A stretch of DNA of 64,000 nt from Rhodospirillales bacterium (GCA_012960465.1 DUBF01000103.1:12839-76838), one strand, 5' to 3'. Numbered from the stretch's first letter, positions 17,267-27,250 are shown. Numbers and translations are program-made. The notes: generated by a model not told the origin, from the letters alone.

Positions 17267-19657
17267 ATGCCAGAGCTTAAAAGTATGATTAAAGATCATA
17301 TTCTCGATCGTCCTAATAGTTACATTGGGCGCTCCGTACCGCGGCCGAATGCAAAACGGCTATTGGCCGGTCGTGGTACTTTTACCGATGACATTAATTT
17401 ACCTCGCCAGACCCATGTGGCTTTTTTGCGCTCAACTTATGCCCATGCAGAGATTGTTAGTATTGATGTTTCAGCTGCAAAAGAAAGCCCGGGTGTTGTC
17501 GCTGTTGTTACCGGTATTGAGATGGCAAAAATTTGTTCGCCATGGGTTGGCGTACTCTCGCATCTGGAGGGCTTAAAATCAGCCCCTCAGCATGCTTTAG
17601 CCGTTAAGAAAGCATCGTGGCAAGGTGAACCTGTTGTGGCGATTGTTGCGAATTCTCGCGCCCAGGCCGAAGACGCAATTGAGTTGATAGATATTGAATG
17701 GAAAGAATTACCTGCAGTGACAGATATGGAAACAGCGCTCGATGAAAATACGCCACTAATTCATCCCGAGCTTGGTGATAATCTTTCTTGGCAGCGGGAT
17801 TTTGATGGTGGTGATGTGGACGCCGCATTTGCAAAAGCGGATAATGTTATTGAGGAAACCTATATCTCAAATCGTCATACGGGTGTTTGTCTTGAGGCTC
17901 GTGGTATTGTTGCTGATTATAACCCTGGTGAGGACGAGTTGACGATCTATCACTCCACCCAAACTCCTCACATGATGCAGAGCTTATTTGCAAAGCATCT
18001 GGATATTGAAGAGCATAAAGTGCGGGTAATTTGTAAAGATGTCGGCGGTTCGTATGGCATAAAGGTGCATTCTTATCCCGATGAATATGCGACAGTCGCA
18101 TTAGCCTATATGTTAAAGCGTCCGGTAAAGTTTACGGCAGATCGGTTAGAATCTTTTACAACTGATATTCATGCAAGGGATCATATCATTAAAACAAAAG
18201 TTGCCGTTTCCAATCAAGGTGAAATACAGGCCTTTGAAATTGATGATCTTACTGGAATTGGTCCTTATTCGGTTTACCCTCGGACCAGTGGCATTGAAGC
18301 CAATCAAGTTGTGAATTTAACTGGTGGTCAATATACTAATCTCAATTATCGCGCCCGCGCTCGCGTTGTTTTGCAAAATAAAACCCCTATGTGCCAGTAT
18401 CGGGCGGTTGGCCATCCAATTTTAACAATGATTACTGAGGGAATGGTTGATGATGCCGCGCGTAAAATTGGCATGGATCCAGTGGAAATCCGCCGCAAGA
18501 ATCTTATACCTGACGACGCTTATCCATGTAAGTCACCGACAGGATTACCATTTGAAAACCTGTCCCATCACGAGAGCCTTGAGAAATTAGTTAAAATGCT
18601 GGATTACGATGCCTTGCGCAAAGATCAATCTAAGGCGCGTAAAAAAGGTATCTATCGTGGTATTGGCGTAGCAACTTTTATTGAAGTAACTAATCCCGGG
18701 CCCGCCTTTTATGGCGTTGGGGGTGCATCAATTTCAGCACAAGACGGCGCAACCATGCGGCTCGATGCCAAGGGTAATGTTATCATCGAAACAGGTGTAA
18801 CCGAGCAGGGGCAGGGAGCTGAAGCTGTTGTGGCACAATGTGCCGCATCCGCTCTTGGAGTTACAATGGATAAGATTAAGGTCATAACTGGCGATACTGA
18901 TATTACGCCTTACGGCGGCGGAACCTGGGGGTCCCGTGCTGCCGGTATTGGCGGTGAAGCTGCCGTACAGGCGGGCAAGGCGCTTAGAGATAATATCGTC
19001 GAAGTAGCTAGTATTATGCTGCAATGCGATCCTTCAACATTGGATATTCGAGATAATAATATTGTTGATGTGTCTGATGGCAATGAGCGGATGCCGCTCT
19101 CGGAAATTGGTCGTGTTTGTTATTATAGACCTGATACTTTGCCGAAAGATTATCAGTCAGAGTTAGTTGTCACGCGTCATTATGTGCCAAAAAAATTCCC
19201 GTTTGCATTCACCAATGGCGTTCAAGGATGTTATCTCGAAGTTGATATTAATACTGGTTTTATCAAATTTAAAAAGTACGCCGTCGTTGAAGATTGTGGT
19301 ACAGTGATCAATCCTATGTTGGTTGACGAGCAAGTTCGGGGCGGTGTCATTCAAGGACTGGGTGGGGCTCTCTATGAAGAGTGTTTGTATAGTCCAGAGG
19401 GTCAGTTCCTGAATGGAACTATGGCAGATTACTTGGTTCCGATGGCAGTCGAAATGCCCGATATTGAGGTGGGTCACGTTGAAAGCCCTACTTTGGACTC
19501 GGAACTAGGGGCTAAAGGCGCTGGTGAGGCTGGAACGGGAGGAGCGCCGGCGACTGTAATGAACGCTATTAATGATGCGCTCTATCCACTTGGAGGTAAG
19601 GTTACAGCTCAGCCATTTACACCGGAGCGTATTCTAGCGGCTATTGGCGCGATATAG
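17267..19657 (+). CDS. Molybdopterin-binding large subunit of a xanthine-dehydrogenase-family hydroxylase (CoxL-like, not bona fide CO dehydrogenase)
   Basis: 796 aa with the aldehyde oxidase/XDH a/b-hammerhead and Mo-binding domains (GGSYGIKVH; GAKGAGEAG). The active-site loop reads QYRAVGHP rather than AYRCSFR or AYRGAGR. Confidence 0.85.
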   Translation: MPELKSMIKDHILDRPNSYIGRSVPRPNAKRLLAGRGTFTDDINLPRQTHVAFLRSTYAHAEIVSIDVSAAKESPGVVAVVTGIEMAKICSPWVGVLSHLEGLKSAPQHALAVKKASWQGEPVVAIVANSRAQAEDAIELIDIEWKELPAVTDMETALDENTPLIHPELGDNLSWQRDFDGGDVDAAFAKADNVIEETYISNRHTGVCLEARGIVADYNPGEDELTIYHSTQTPHMMQSLFAKHLDIEEHKVRVICKDVGGSYGIKVHSYPDEYATVALAYMLKRPVKFTADRLESFTTDIHARDHIIKTKVAVSNQGEIQAFEIDDLTGIGPYSVYPRTSGIEANQVVNLTGGQYTNLNYRARARVVLQNKTPMCQYRAVGHPILTMITEGMVDDAARKIGMDPVEIRRKNLIPDDAYPCKSPTGLPFENLSHHESLEKLVKMLDYDALRKDQSKARKKGIYRGIGVATFIEVTNPGPAFYGVGGASISAQDGATMRLDAKGNVIIETGVTEQGQGAEAVVAQCAASALGVTMDKIKVITGDTDITPYGGGTWGSRAAGIGGEAAVQAGKALRDNIVEVASIMLQCDPSTLDIRDNNIVDVSDGNERMPLSEIGRVCYYRPDTLPKDYQSELVVTRHYVPKKFPFAFTNGVQGCYLEVDINTGFIKFKKYAVVEDCGTVINPMLVDEQVRGGVIQGLGGALYEECLYSPEGQFLNGTMADYLVPMAVEMPDIEVGHVESPTLDSELGAKGAGEAGTGGAPATVMNAINDALYPLGGKVTAQPFTPERILAAIGAI

Positions 19658-19862
19658 CTTTCTCGAGTTGATCAAATCATTAATTCGAGGAATTGCCCTT
19701 GGGCTGCGTAGCTGATTTACGCGAAAGGGCCCACTTTCGTTTCAAATATTTTATAGTCTTAGCATGATTCTTTAGTTTTGTTCGATCTTTAATGCTCGTA
19801 TTCTGAATTTTAGTGGAAGAGCTTCTGAGCTAGGTTTATGCGTTGTCACGCAGGCCATTTTT

Positions 19863-20273
19863 TTATTGATCGTAATAGTTGATTTCAACCGTAATATCAT
19901 TTGGATCCTCAGCGAAGATTTGCAAGAGCCCAAGATTGGGTACTTCGCGTTCTCGGTATTGGACTTTGCGTTTATTGAGAATTTTTTTTAGCTCTTCCGG
20001 TTCACTTGCTCTAAATGCCAGATGATCTATAGATCCGCTACCGTCTAAAAAATTTATATCTGTGACGCCAAGGTAATCATAAAGTCCGTTAGGATTATCT
20101 GGGTCTAACCCGACGAGATGAACCACGGGGAGATCTCCGGCATACATCCAATGGCCTGGGAAGGGAAACTCAGGACGTGGGCCGATATGGAGGCCCAGTG
20201 CCTCGTAGAATTCTCTGGTTTCTTCCATTTTGAGTGTACGGATGGCGTAATGATCAATTTTTTCTAAAGGCAT
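19863..20273 (-). CDS. VOC (glyoxalase / extradiol dioxygenase) family protein
   Basis: 136 aa with the typical VOC pattern (IDHYAIRT...FYEALGL...IDHLAFRA). Confidence 0.7.
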   Translation of the reverse strand: MPLEKIDHYAIRTLKMEETREFYEALGLHIGPRPEFPFPGHWMYAGDLPVVHLVGLDPDNPNGLYDYLGVTDINFLDGSGSIDHLAFRASEPEELKKILNKRKVQYREREVPNLGLLQIFAEDPNDITVEINYYDQ

Positions 20274-20284
20274 ACTAATTCCTC

Positions 20285-20806
20285 TTAAGCTGGCGTTAAT
20301 TCAGTGATGCTGCCGTCTTCATTGAGACGTAATCCAGTTTTTTCTGCCCCTTCAATCACATTTTTAGCCCAAGAGACATTACCAGAGTCTGAGCCGCCTA
20401 ATATTGCCATTATAAAACCATGTTCCTTGCTCTCGTTGCTAAAGCCGCGCATAACTCCAGGAGGAACGGATACAACATCAAACTGATCGATGTTGATTTT
20501 ATGTTCGCCATTTTCACCCCAAATAATAGCCCACTTGCCAGTCATCGCAATAAAGACCTCAACAGTCGGATGGTCATGTAGTGCTGCACCACATCCGGGC
20601 TCAGCGCCTATATAAGTAATATTAAAGCCTTCAGCTTCTGCAATTGCTGGTTTTAGATTTTCATCTTCTGTAACTCCGCGCCCTATAACATTATATGTAT
20701 TTCGCTTGTGGGCTGGAATGCGTGTGTCCAAATAACCCTGGGTGCTATATGATAATTCTTTAAAGCGCGCTGTTCGCTTTGCCATATCATCTGGCGTAAT
20801 TGGCAT
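20285..20806 (-). CDS. Cupin-domain protein
   Basis: 173 aa. Cupin motif 1 is G-x5-HDH-x3-E-x6-G (GCGAALHDHPTVEVFIAMTG). Motif 2 is PPGVMRGFSN, with Arg where the His ligand usually sits. Confidence 0.7.
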   Translation of the reverse strand: MPITPDDMAKRTARFKELSYSTQGYLDTRIPAHKRNTYNVIGRGVTEDENLKPAIAEAEGFNITYIGAEPGCGAALHDHPTVEVFIAMTGKWAIIWGENGEHKINIDQFDVVSVPPGVMRGFSNESKEHGFIMAILGGSDSGNVSWAKNVIEGAEKTGLRLNEDGSITELTPA

Positions 20807-20892
20807 TTTGGTTTCTCCCCTTATAAGAAAAGACCATTACTGATCACCTACCAACGTTTATAGCTTACAAACTTGAACAAATAAATGCACAC

Positions 20893-20920
20893 AAAAAAAG
20901 AGGCGGCCCTATCAGCCGCC
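20893..20920 (-). terminator. Rho-independent terminator downstream of the TRAP binding-protein gene
   Basis: On the minus strand: GGCGGC-TGATAGG-GCCGCC followed by TC and a T7 run. It lies 28 nt after the stop codon at 20948. Confidence 0.7.
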
Positions 20921-20947
20921 CCTGGAATCCATGTTCCAATAAGATGA

Positions 20948-22042
20948 TTACTTGATCACATAATCAACCGGAAATTTATGACCAGCCGCTTTGGTAGCAG
21001 CCATAAAGGCCCTCATAATTTTAGGCATATCAATTTTCTTTTTCTTTTTTACCGCTTGAGCGCGCTCATTTGGCCAAGCTGCAAGTTTTTTTGCCCAATC
21101 GATTTTGGCTTGAGGATCAATTGTGCGAATTGTAACACCCGCAGTCGCCAAACTACCTAGACCCCACAGATGATCGTTTTGGGAGGTCTGTGAAGAATGC
21201 GTTTGATATTTCAATGCTTCTTCATCAATGATTTTGACCACTTCCGGAGGCAACTTCTTACGAGATTTCATGTTCATTGTAAGTGAAATCTGCACAACGG
21301 CACCAAAGTCAGTAATCGTATAAAATCCACCCTTTGTAGCTTCGTGGAGCTTTAATTTGAAATCCGTGTCGGGGAACAGAACTATGGCTTCACCTACGCC
21401 GGTCTGTAGTTGCTGCGCAGCTTTTGGAATTGTTGTCCGGACCGGGATGCCCTCCGCAACCCATGGGAGGTTCGGTCCTGCCGCTAAAATTTTACGTCCC
21501 TTAAGATCTTCAAATTTTTTCCAGTCAAAGGCGCTCAGCAGGCCATAATTGTTGAAGCCGGTTACTGCCATGAGCTTTTGTTTATATCGTTTTATATAAT
21601 CCTTTTGAATGTCAGGATGTTGTGAAATAATCTTAGCAAAAGTTTTTGTTGCTGTTATTGCATTTTTTTCGCCGAATGGCACATAGTAGGACATGTTCAT
21701 GGCCATCGCTTTGTCATCGTCAAAACATACGCACCACGCACCAATATCAAGGCGACCATCCTGTGTGCCTTCTAGGGTATCAAACACATTAACAACTGTG
21801 CCTGAATAGTGCTCTTTGAATTTAATTTTATATTTTGTTTCTGCTGCGACTCTCTTTTTGACGTTGGGAATAAAATATTTGGACACTTCTTTCACGTACG
21901 TGATGAAAGGTGGGTGGCCTGAGCCAACCCGCAAAGTAATTTCATTACCCTTTATTTTAGCTGCTTCTGCGGTCCCGCTAAATGCAAATATAGCGGCTGT
22001 TGCGGCACCAATAATGCCTATTTTTCTTGAAATTTTAACCAT
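20948..22042 (-). CDS. TRAP transporter substrate-binding protein (DctP type)
   Basis: The ORF extends to 22135. The ATG at 22042 follows GGGAG and gives MVKISRKIGIIGAATAAIFAFSGTAEA, a good signal peptide. It is adjacent to the DctM and DctQ genes. Confidence 0.8.
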   Translation of the reverse strand: MVKISRKIGIIGAATAAIFAFSGTAEAAKIKGNEITLRVGSGHPPFITYVKEVSKYFIPNVKKRVAAETKYKIKFKEHYSGTVVNVFDTLEGTQDGRLDIGAWCVCFDDDKAMAMNMSYYVPFGEKNAITATKTFAKIISQHPDIQKDYIKRYKQKLMAVTGFNNYGLLSAFDWKKFEDLKGRKILAAGPNLPWVAEGIPVRTTIPKAAQQLQTGVGEAIVLFPDTDFKLKLHEATKGGFYTITDFGAVVQISLTMNMKSRKKLPPEVVKIIDEEALKYQTHSSQTSQNDHLWGLGSLATAGVTIRTIDPQAKIDWAKKLAAWPNERAQAVKKKKKIDMPKIMRAFMAATKAAGHKFPVDYVIK

Positions 22043-22142
22043 GGTATAAACTCCCTGTACCAATATTGATGTAGAATAGTATTTTATGCTTACTAGTATA
22101 TTAGTTTTTTCACTTATTGTAAAATACAGTATCACGCAACCT

Positions 22143-23480
22143 TTATCCCAACATTTTATTAGGCAGCCAAGTTGCGATTTCTGGAAATCGCCAGATTAAT
22201 AACATGACAATTAACATCAGCATCCAGTAAGGAACAGATCCCTTAAAAATCTCAGCAAGAGTTGCCTGTGCATCATTGATCGACCCTTTGACGGTATAGA
22301 CCAATAACCCAAAGGGCGGTGTTAATAGACCAGCTTCAATACATAAAATGCCAAACAAAGCAAAGGCGATAGGATCGAAAAAACCTTCAGTGAGTGGTGC
22401 AAAAATTGGAACAGTAATTAGAATAATTGAAATTGAATCAAGGATCATACCTAACGCAAGCCAAATTAAAATAATTACGATTACGATACCCGTCGGGCCT
22501 AAACTATAATGTTCAAAAGTATTGCGAATCAGCTCCGACATACCGGCAGCTTCCATGAATTTTGCATACATATTTGCTGTTAAGAGTAAAAACATCACGG
22601 GTGCTGCAGTCTTGCCTGAATCAACAATGGCAGTAGCTAATTGTTTGACCCGCATACCTTTTAAAACACCTAAAACCATTGCCCCGGCGGCGCCAACGCC
22701 GGCCGCCTCAGAAGGGGTAAACAAACCACCCCAAATGCCGCCCATAATTAATACGATCAACAATCCAATGCCGATGCCACTTGCATATTCCGCTTTGGTT
22801 AAAGCGCTTTGTTCTGCAGTGTCTTCAAATTTTGGCGCAAGGCTTGGGTTAATTGTAGCGCGGATACATATATAACACATGAAAAATGTGGCGAGAATTA
22901 ATCCCGGAATAGCACCAGCAATAAATAATTGTGAAATGGATTTTTCCGCGATAATGCCCCAAACGATCAGAAGAACACTTGGCGGAATAATCATTCCCAG
23001 ACAGGCGCTCCCCGCCACCGAGCCAAGTGCGAATTGGCGATTATATTTATGATAGCGCATTTGTGGATAGGCAATTCGGCTAAAGGCCGCCGCCGCTGCA
23101 ATGCTCACACCCGTAACGGCGGCAAACACGGCATTACCGGCAACAGTTGCTACAGCTAAACGCCCAGGAATGAATTTCATTGTGTGATTAATCAATTTAT
23201 AGAGGTCGCGAGCCGAACCAGATTTGTTAACAAAGTCGCCTAATAGCATAAATAGTGGGATAGCCGCGAAAACCTCACTTCGTAAATATTCGTAGGAAAC
23301 GCTTCCTAGTCCGCTGAGGGCAATAGTAAAACCTTCTTCCAGGTCACCATCGCCAAATATTAAAATATTACCAATGAGCGCTGTAACGGCGAATGCAAAA
23401 GCAATATGAATACCGGCTAAAATTCCTGCTAACATAAGAGCAAACATGCCGAGTAGTATTGTCGTTTGTTCTAATTCCAT
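22143..23480 (-). CDS. TRAP transporter large permease (DctM)
   Basis: 445 aa polytopic membrane protein with a DctM-like pattern, located between the Q and P components. Confidence 0.85.
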   Translation of the reverse strand: MELEQTTILLGMFALMLAGILAGIHIAFAFAVTALIGNILIFGDGDLEEGFTIALSGLGSVSYEYLRSEVFAAIPLFMLLGDFVNKSGSARDLYKLINHTMKFIPGRLAVATVAGNAVFAAVTGVSIAAAAAFSRIAYPQMRYHKYNRQFALGSVAGSACLGMIIPPSVLLIVWGIIAEKSISQLFIAGAIPGLILATFFMCYICIRATINPSLAPKFEDTAEQSALTKAEYASGIGIGLLIVLIMGGIWGGLFTPSEAAGVGAAGAMVLGVLKGMRVKQLATAIVDSGKTAAPVMFLLLTANMYAKFMEAAGMSELIRNTFEHYSLGPTGIVIVIILIWLALGMILDSISIILITVPIFAPLTEGFFDPIAFALFGILCIEAGLLTPPFGLLVYTVKGSINDAQATLAEIFKGSVPYWMLMLIVMLLIWRFPEIATWLPNKMLG

Positions 23481-23583
23481 TTCTTTTCGTTAGAGAAAGC
23501 CGATATATTATGTTTATTGTTCGGGTTTCTCTGTTCCCTCCATGGTAGATGTTTTAATTATGGTCCTTATTAGTTTAAAATTA

Positions 23584-24105
23584 TTATTCGTAACTCTCAG
23601 GTATTTTCAGTGATTTATAAACCATGAGTGAGCATACGAAAGCTCCAATGAAACCAATAAAGACAACGAGTGTGCGGATGGGATATACCGGGATTTCAAC
23701 AATACCCGAACCTTCAAGTTCTAGGATATCCCATGATTCGATCATATTTTCCCAACTACCGTAGGCAATACCAAGGAATACAAGGCCAGCAAGTAAATAA
23801 GAAGTAGCTTCTGTTATCCCTTTACCGCGAGTTCCCATTTTACCATAAAGGATGGTCGTCCTGAGAGAACTACGATTAATGATCGTTAATGGTAGTTGAA
23901 GCATCAAAATAGAAAGTACTGAATTTGAAACAATTTCATTTGTGCCATGAAAAGGTGACGCGAAGACTTCTCTGCCAATAACATCATATAGTATTAGGAC
24001 CGTGATTGAGAAAAGCCAAACCCCGGAAACCACATTCAGTGACTTCGAAAAAGACTCACTTATAGCGTCAATTCTTTTTGCTCTGATTGATAATTCATTT
24101 ACCAT
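23584..24105 (-). CDS. TRAP transporter small permease (DctQ)
   Basis: 173 aa with four predicted TM helices, in the position immediately upstream of DctM. Confidence 0.75.
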   Translation of the reverse strand: MVNELSIRAKRIDAISESFSKSLNVVSGVWLFSITVLILYDVIGREVFASPFHGTNEIVSNSVLSILMLQLPLTIINRSSLRTTILYGKMGTRGKGITEATSYLLAGLVFLGIAYGSWENMIESWDILELEGSGIVEIPVYPIRTLVVFIGFIGAFVCSLMVYKSLKIPESYE

Positions 24106-24250
24106 GAATTTTTTATGACCCCCCTGTTTTTATTTTAATCTTATTTACGGAACCTATAGCATTTTTATTTTAGGTGATCAAATGGTCGCTTTATTATTGG
24201 AAAGCCGTTTAAATCCAACGAATAACGGTTTTTTGAAATTTTTTGATATA

Positions 24251-24559
24251 TTAATTAGCTCCCATTCCTTGCGTTGCATCCAAGATAACAGTTTCTACTT
24301 CACCTGAACCATCGCGCCGATGGACTGCGGCTTTCTGATATGCCTCTGACTCAAAACATGTGACAGCGGCTTCGAACGTTGGAAACTCGATAATAACAAA
24401 ACGTTCAAAATGCTCAGGACCCTCCATTATCTGAAACTTCCCACCACGTGATAACGGTTTACCGCCAAATTCTGCTACAATATCGCCAACAAGAGCAGTA
24501 TATTTTGAATAGTTTTCCGGCGTATTAATTTTAGATCGCGCAACCCAGTATGCTGGCAT
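24251..24559 (-). CDS. DUF1330 domain protein
   Basis: 102 aa. The pattern MPAYWVA...I.D...Y..Y......V.EFGGK.L.RGG.....EG......FVIIEFP..E.A..CF.S..YQ is characteristic of DUF1330. Confidence 0.7.
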   Translation of the reverse strand: MPAYWVARSKINTPENYSKYTALVGDIVAEFGGKPLSRGGKFQIMEGPEHFERFVIIEFPTFEAAVTCFESEAYQKAAVHRRDGSGEVETVILDATQGMGAN

Positions 24560-24595
24560 TCTGAAATCCTCCTATTTTTTATTGTTTGGTATTAT

Positions 24596-25231
24596 CTAGC
24601 TTGGCATCGGCATAGGTTGATCATTTTCTGGAATGTTCCAACCGCGGATTACGGCAGGTCGCTCCTTAATATTCAAATACCAACGTTTGACATTTTCATA
24701 TTCATTTAGATCGATAGTTTGCCAGTCACATCGACCAACCCATGGGAAAATGGCTATATCGACTATGGAATATCCCCAATCAAGAAAATATTCGCGATCT
24801 GTTAAATGATTATCCATTACGCCGTATATGCGTTTGGTTTCATTGATGTAGCGTTCAGAGGCTTCGACGTTCTTCCCTTCTTGGTAGTGAACAAATGTGT
24901 GTACCTGGCCCATCATTGGACCAACACTCGCCATTTGAAACATCAGCCATTCCTGCATTTTCCAATAATCATCTCCATCGATCGGCATAAATTTACCTGA
25001 CTTCTGACCCAAGTATTGCAAAATCGCACCTGATTCCATGATAGAAAGGCCGTTATTGCGATCTACGATGACTGGGATTTTGTTATTTGGTCCGATTTTT
25101 AAGAACTCCGGATCGTTTTGTTCACCTTTGTTAATCGCAATGGGGTGAACTTGGTATTCCAACCCCGTTTCTTCAAGCATTATAGAGACCTTGCGGCCGT
25201 TTGGTGTGAACCATGAATATAGATCTATCAT
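24596..25231 (-). CDS. Glutathione S-transferase, YfcG-like (Nu class)
   Basis: 211 aa, near-collinear with my recollection of E. coli YfcG (MIDLY..TPNG.K....LEE..L.Y......L.KG.Q..PEFL.I.PNNKIP..VD...ESGAIL.YL; IADIA..PWV). Confidence 0.8.
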   Translation of the reverse strand: MIDLYSWFTPNGRKVSIMLEETGLEYQVHPIAINKGEQNDPEFLKIGPNNKIPVIVDRNNGLSIMESGAILQYLGQKSGKFMPIDGDDYWKMQEWLMFQMASVGPMMGQVHTFVHYQEGKNVEASERYINETKRIYGVMDNHLTDREYFLDWGYSIVDIAIFPWVGRCDWQTIDLNEYENVKRWYLNIKERPAVIRGWNIPENDQPMPMPS

Positions 25232-25340
25232 TTTTTCTTCGATCCTTGTTGTATTTCAGTTTAATGTTATGTGAATGAAGGTTAGTCAATCCGCGAGTCC
25301 AGTGCAATCATCTCCATAAACGTGTTTTAGCTCAGATACT

Positions 25341-25739
25341 CTAATCGATAATTGCAGTGGCTTCTATTTCCACCATCCGATCTGGATGCACTAGTCTTGA
25401 TACCTGATAGGTTGTTGGCGTTGGTTTTGTTTTCCCGAAGAAATTAATCACATGAGGCGCCCCCTTTTGAATATAAAGATCAATATCCGTAGTCAGTACA
25501 TTAATGCGCACAACATTTGCTAAATTTGCACCTGCCGACCGCAAAGCATGCTCAATATTTTGAAGTACTTGTTTTACCTGCTGTAATATATCCTCAATAC
25601 CGATTATATTTTGTTTTTGGTTAAAGGGCACAATACCTGCTAGGAATATCCGTTTGCTGCTTATTGTTTTAATGACTTGGGTATAAATATTCTTATTTGG
25701 TTTGTAGATTTCTGTTGGATTAATACGCTCTATCGTCAT
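25341..25739 (-). CDS. RidA/YjgF/L-PSP family protein
   Basis: 132 aa with a C-terminal pattern (VVRINVLTTDI...MVEIEATA) typical of the family. Confidence 0.7.
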   Translation of the reverse strand: MTIERINPTEIYKPNKNIYTQVIKTISSKRIFLAGIVPFNQKQNIIGIEDILQQVKQVLQNIEHALRSAGANLANVVRINVLTTDIDLYIQKGAPHVINFFGKTKPTPTTYQVSRLVHPDRMVEIEATAIID

Positions 25740-25788
25740 AGCATTTTCCTCGTTTAAGGAGAAAAAAATCTTTTTTTACTATCATAAA

Positions 25789-26292
25789 ATGAACCCAAAG
25801 AACTTCATAGAAAAATTGTATGGATTAATTTTTCTATTTTTCACTATTATGCTAACCAATCAGACCTACGCCAAGAGTAATGACCTATCAAATGGAATTT
25901 GGTTTATTTGTGAATTCGCCCACAGTCAAATTCCCCCTGAAGATGATTGTAATATGCTTGATGATGATGGATTCCAGATTATCGATGGGATCGTACATCG
26001 TATCAAAATCAAAAATAGTATAGAAACCAGGTGTCGTCAGAACCGCGTCGGCAATTGTTTTTCAAGAACTCAAAATGGTTTAGTTGCAGAGCGATCTGAG
26101 ATTGGTCCGATTAAATTATTTGAGAATAAAATTTATTTGACTTGGTTAGGTTGCACTCAGAAATACCTTACGATCCAATATCCGGATTATAATGAGATCA
26201 CTCCGAGTTCTAAAAAATGTTGGTGGACATCTGATAAGCGTTATTTTGTAGCTCATTATGTTGGTAAAATTAAAATAGTGTCAGATGACTAG
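25789..26292 (+). CDS. Secreted cysteine-rich hypothetical protein
   Basis: 167 aa with a signal peptide (LYGLIFLFFTIMLTNQTYA) and seven Cys in the mature part. I recognise no family. Confidence 0.5.
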   Translation: MNPKNFIEKLYGLIFLFFTIMLTNQTYAKSNDLSNGIWFICEFAHSQIPPEDDCNMLDDDGFQIIDGIVHRIKIKNSIETRCRQNRVGNCFSRTQNGLVAERSEIGPIKLFENKIYLTWLGCTQKYLTIQYPDYNEITPSSKKCWWTSDKRYFVAHYVGKIKIVSDD

Positions 26293-27250
26293 ATATCAAA
26301 AATTTGTAGGATTATTGATGGATAATGGGCTTAACGCAGTAAAAATAAAGTTAGGGGGCTATCAGCCTGCAAATTCTGCACATAATCGTGCAGCAGAGGT
26401 TTTTGGAGAAGAATTAACTAAATGTCTCGGCCCCCGCATTTACTACCAAATGGACGGTAATATGGCCGAGACAGAAGGTATTAAAGCGTTTGATTTACCG
26501 GGTTTGGTTGAAACTGGTGATCTCACAATGTGTTATTTTGCCTCTAGTTATTTGGTAGATAGGGTTCCAGAGGTTGCGATTTTTGATGTTCCATTTGTCA
26601 TACAAAACCGAGAAAAAATTTATTCAGCCCTAGAAGGTGAATTAGGCGACCTTATCAGAGAAAAATTCTTAAGTAATATGGGCCTCCGTATTTTAGGGTT
26701 TTGGGATAACGGGTTCAGGCATTTTACTAATGGTGTCAGAGAAATCAGAACGCCGAAAGATTGTGTTGATTTAAAGATGCGGTCAATGAATTCTGATGCT
26801 CACCAAGAGTTCTTTCGTCTTCTCGGTTTTGAGCCAACGTATGTGGACGTTACTGATTTAGTCTCAAAGATTAAGTCTAGAGAAATTGATGCGCAGGAAA
26901 ATCCTCTTACAAATACATATCGATTTGGTACTTACCTTTATCATAAACATATCACGATGACCGGTCATTTCTTTGGTGTAGCATTATTGATGGTTAACGA
27001 TACGAATTTTTGTGCTTGGCCTAAAGAAATACAAAATGCAGTTCAAGTTTCGGCAAATATAGCAACTGCGGCTCAGCGTAAATTTGCACAACTTGAAGAT
27101 GAAGAAGTACTCTCAGCTCTCGACCCTAATGAGAATGCCATTGTTTTTTTGAATGACGAAGAGCTTAAATTATTTAAAAATTCAGTGCGGCCCCTTGTTG
27201 AGAAGTCTCGCACTCGTTTAGGAAGTCATTTATTTAAGTTGGTCGAGTAA
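26285..27250 (+). CDS. DctP-family (TRAP-type) solute-binding protein homologue lacking a signal peptide
   Basis: 321 aa with DctP-like blocks (IKLGGYQPANSAHNRAAEVF; CYFASSYLVDRVPE; FDVPFVIQNRE; LGFWDNGFRHFTN; AQENPLTN). The N-terminus, MTRYQKFVGLLMDNGLNA, is not a signal sequence. It overlaps the upstream ORF by 8 nt. Confidence 0.7.
   Translation: MTRYQKFVGLLMDNGLNAVKIKLGGYQPANSAHNRAAEVFGEELTKCLGPRIYYQMDGNMAETEGIKAFDLPGLVETGDLTMCYFASSYLVDRVPEVAIFDVPFVIQNREKIYSALEGELGDLIREKFLSNMGLRILGFWDNGFRHFTNGVREIRTPKDCVDLKMRSMNSDAHQEFFRLLGFEPTYVDVTDLVSKIKSREIDAQENPLTNTYRFGTYLYHKHITMTGHFFGVALLMVNDTNFCAWPKEIQNAVQVSANIATAAQRKFAQLEDEEVLSALDPNENAIVFLNDEELKLFKNSVRPLVEKSRTRLGSHLFKLVE

Noticed and set aside
15899-19657. 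Calling the MSL molybdoenzyme an aerobic CO dehydrogenase
   Set aside because: The large-subunit signature loop is QYRAVGHP, which is neither the form I nor the form II motif, and the coxDEFG accessory genes are absent.
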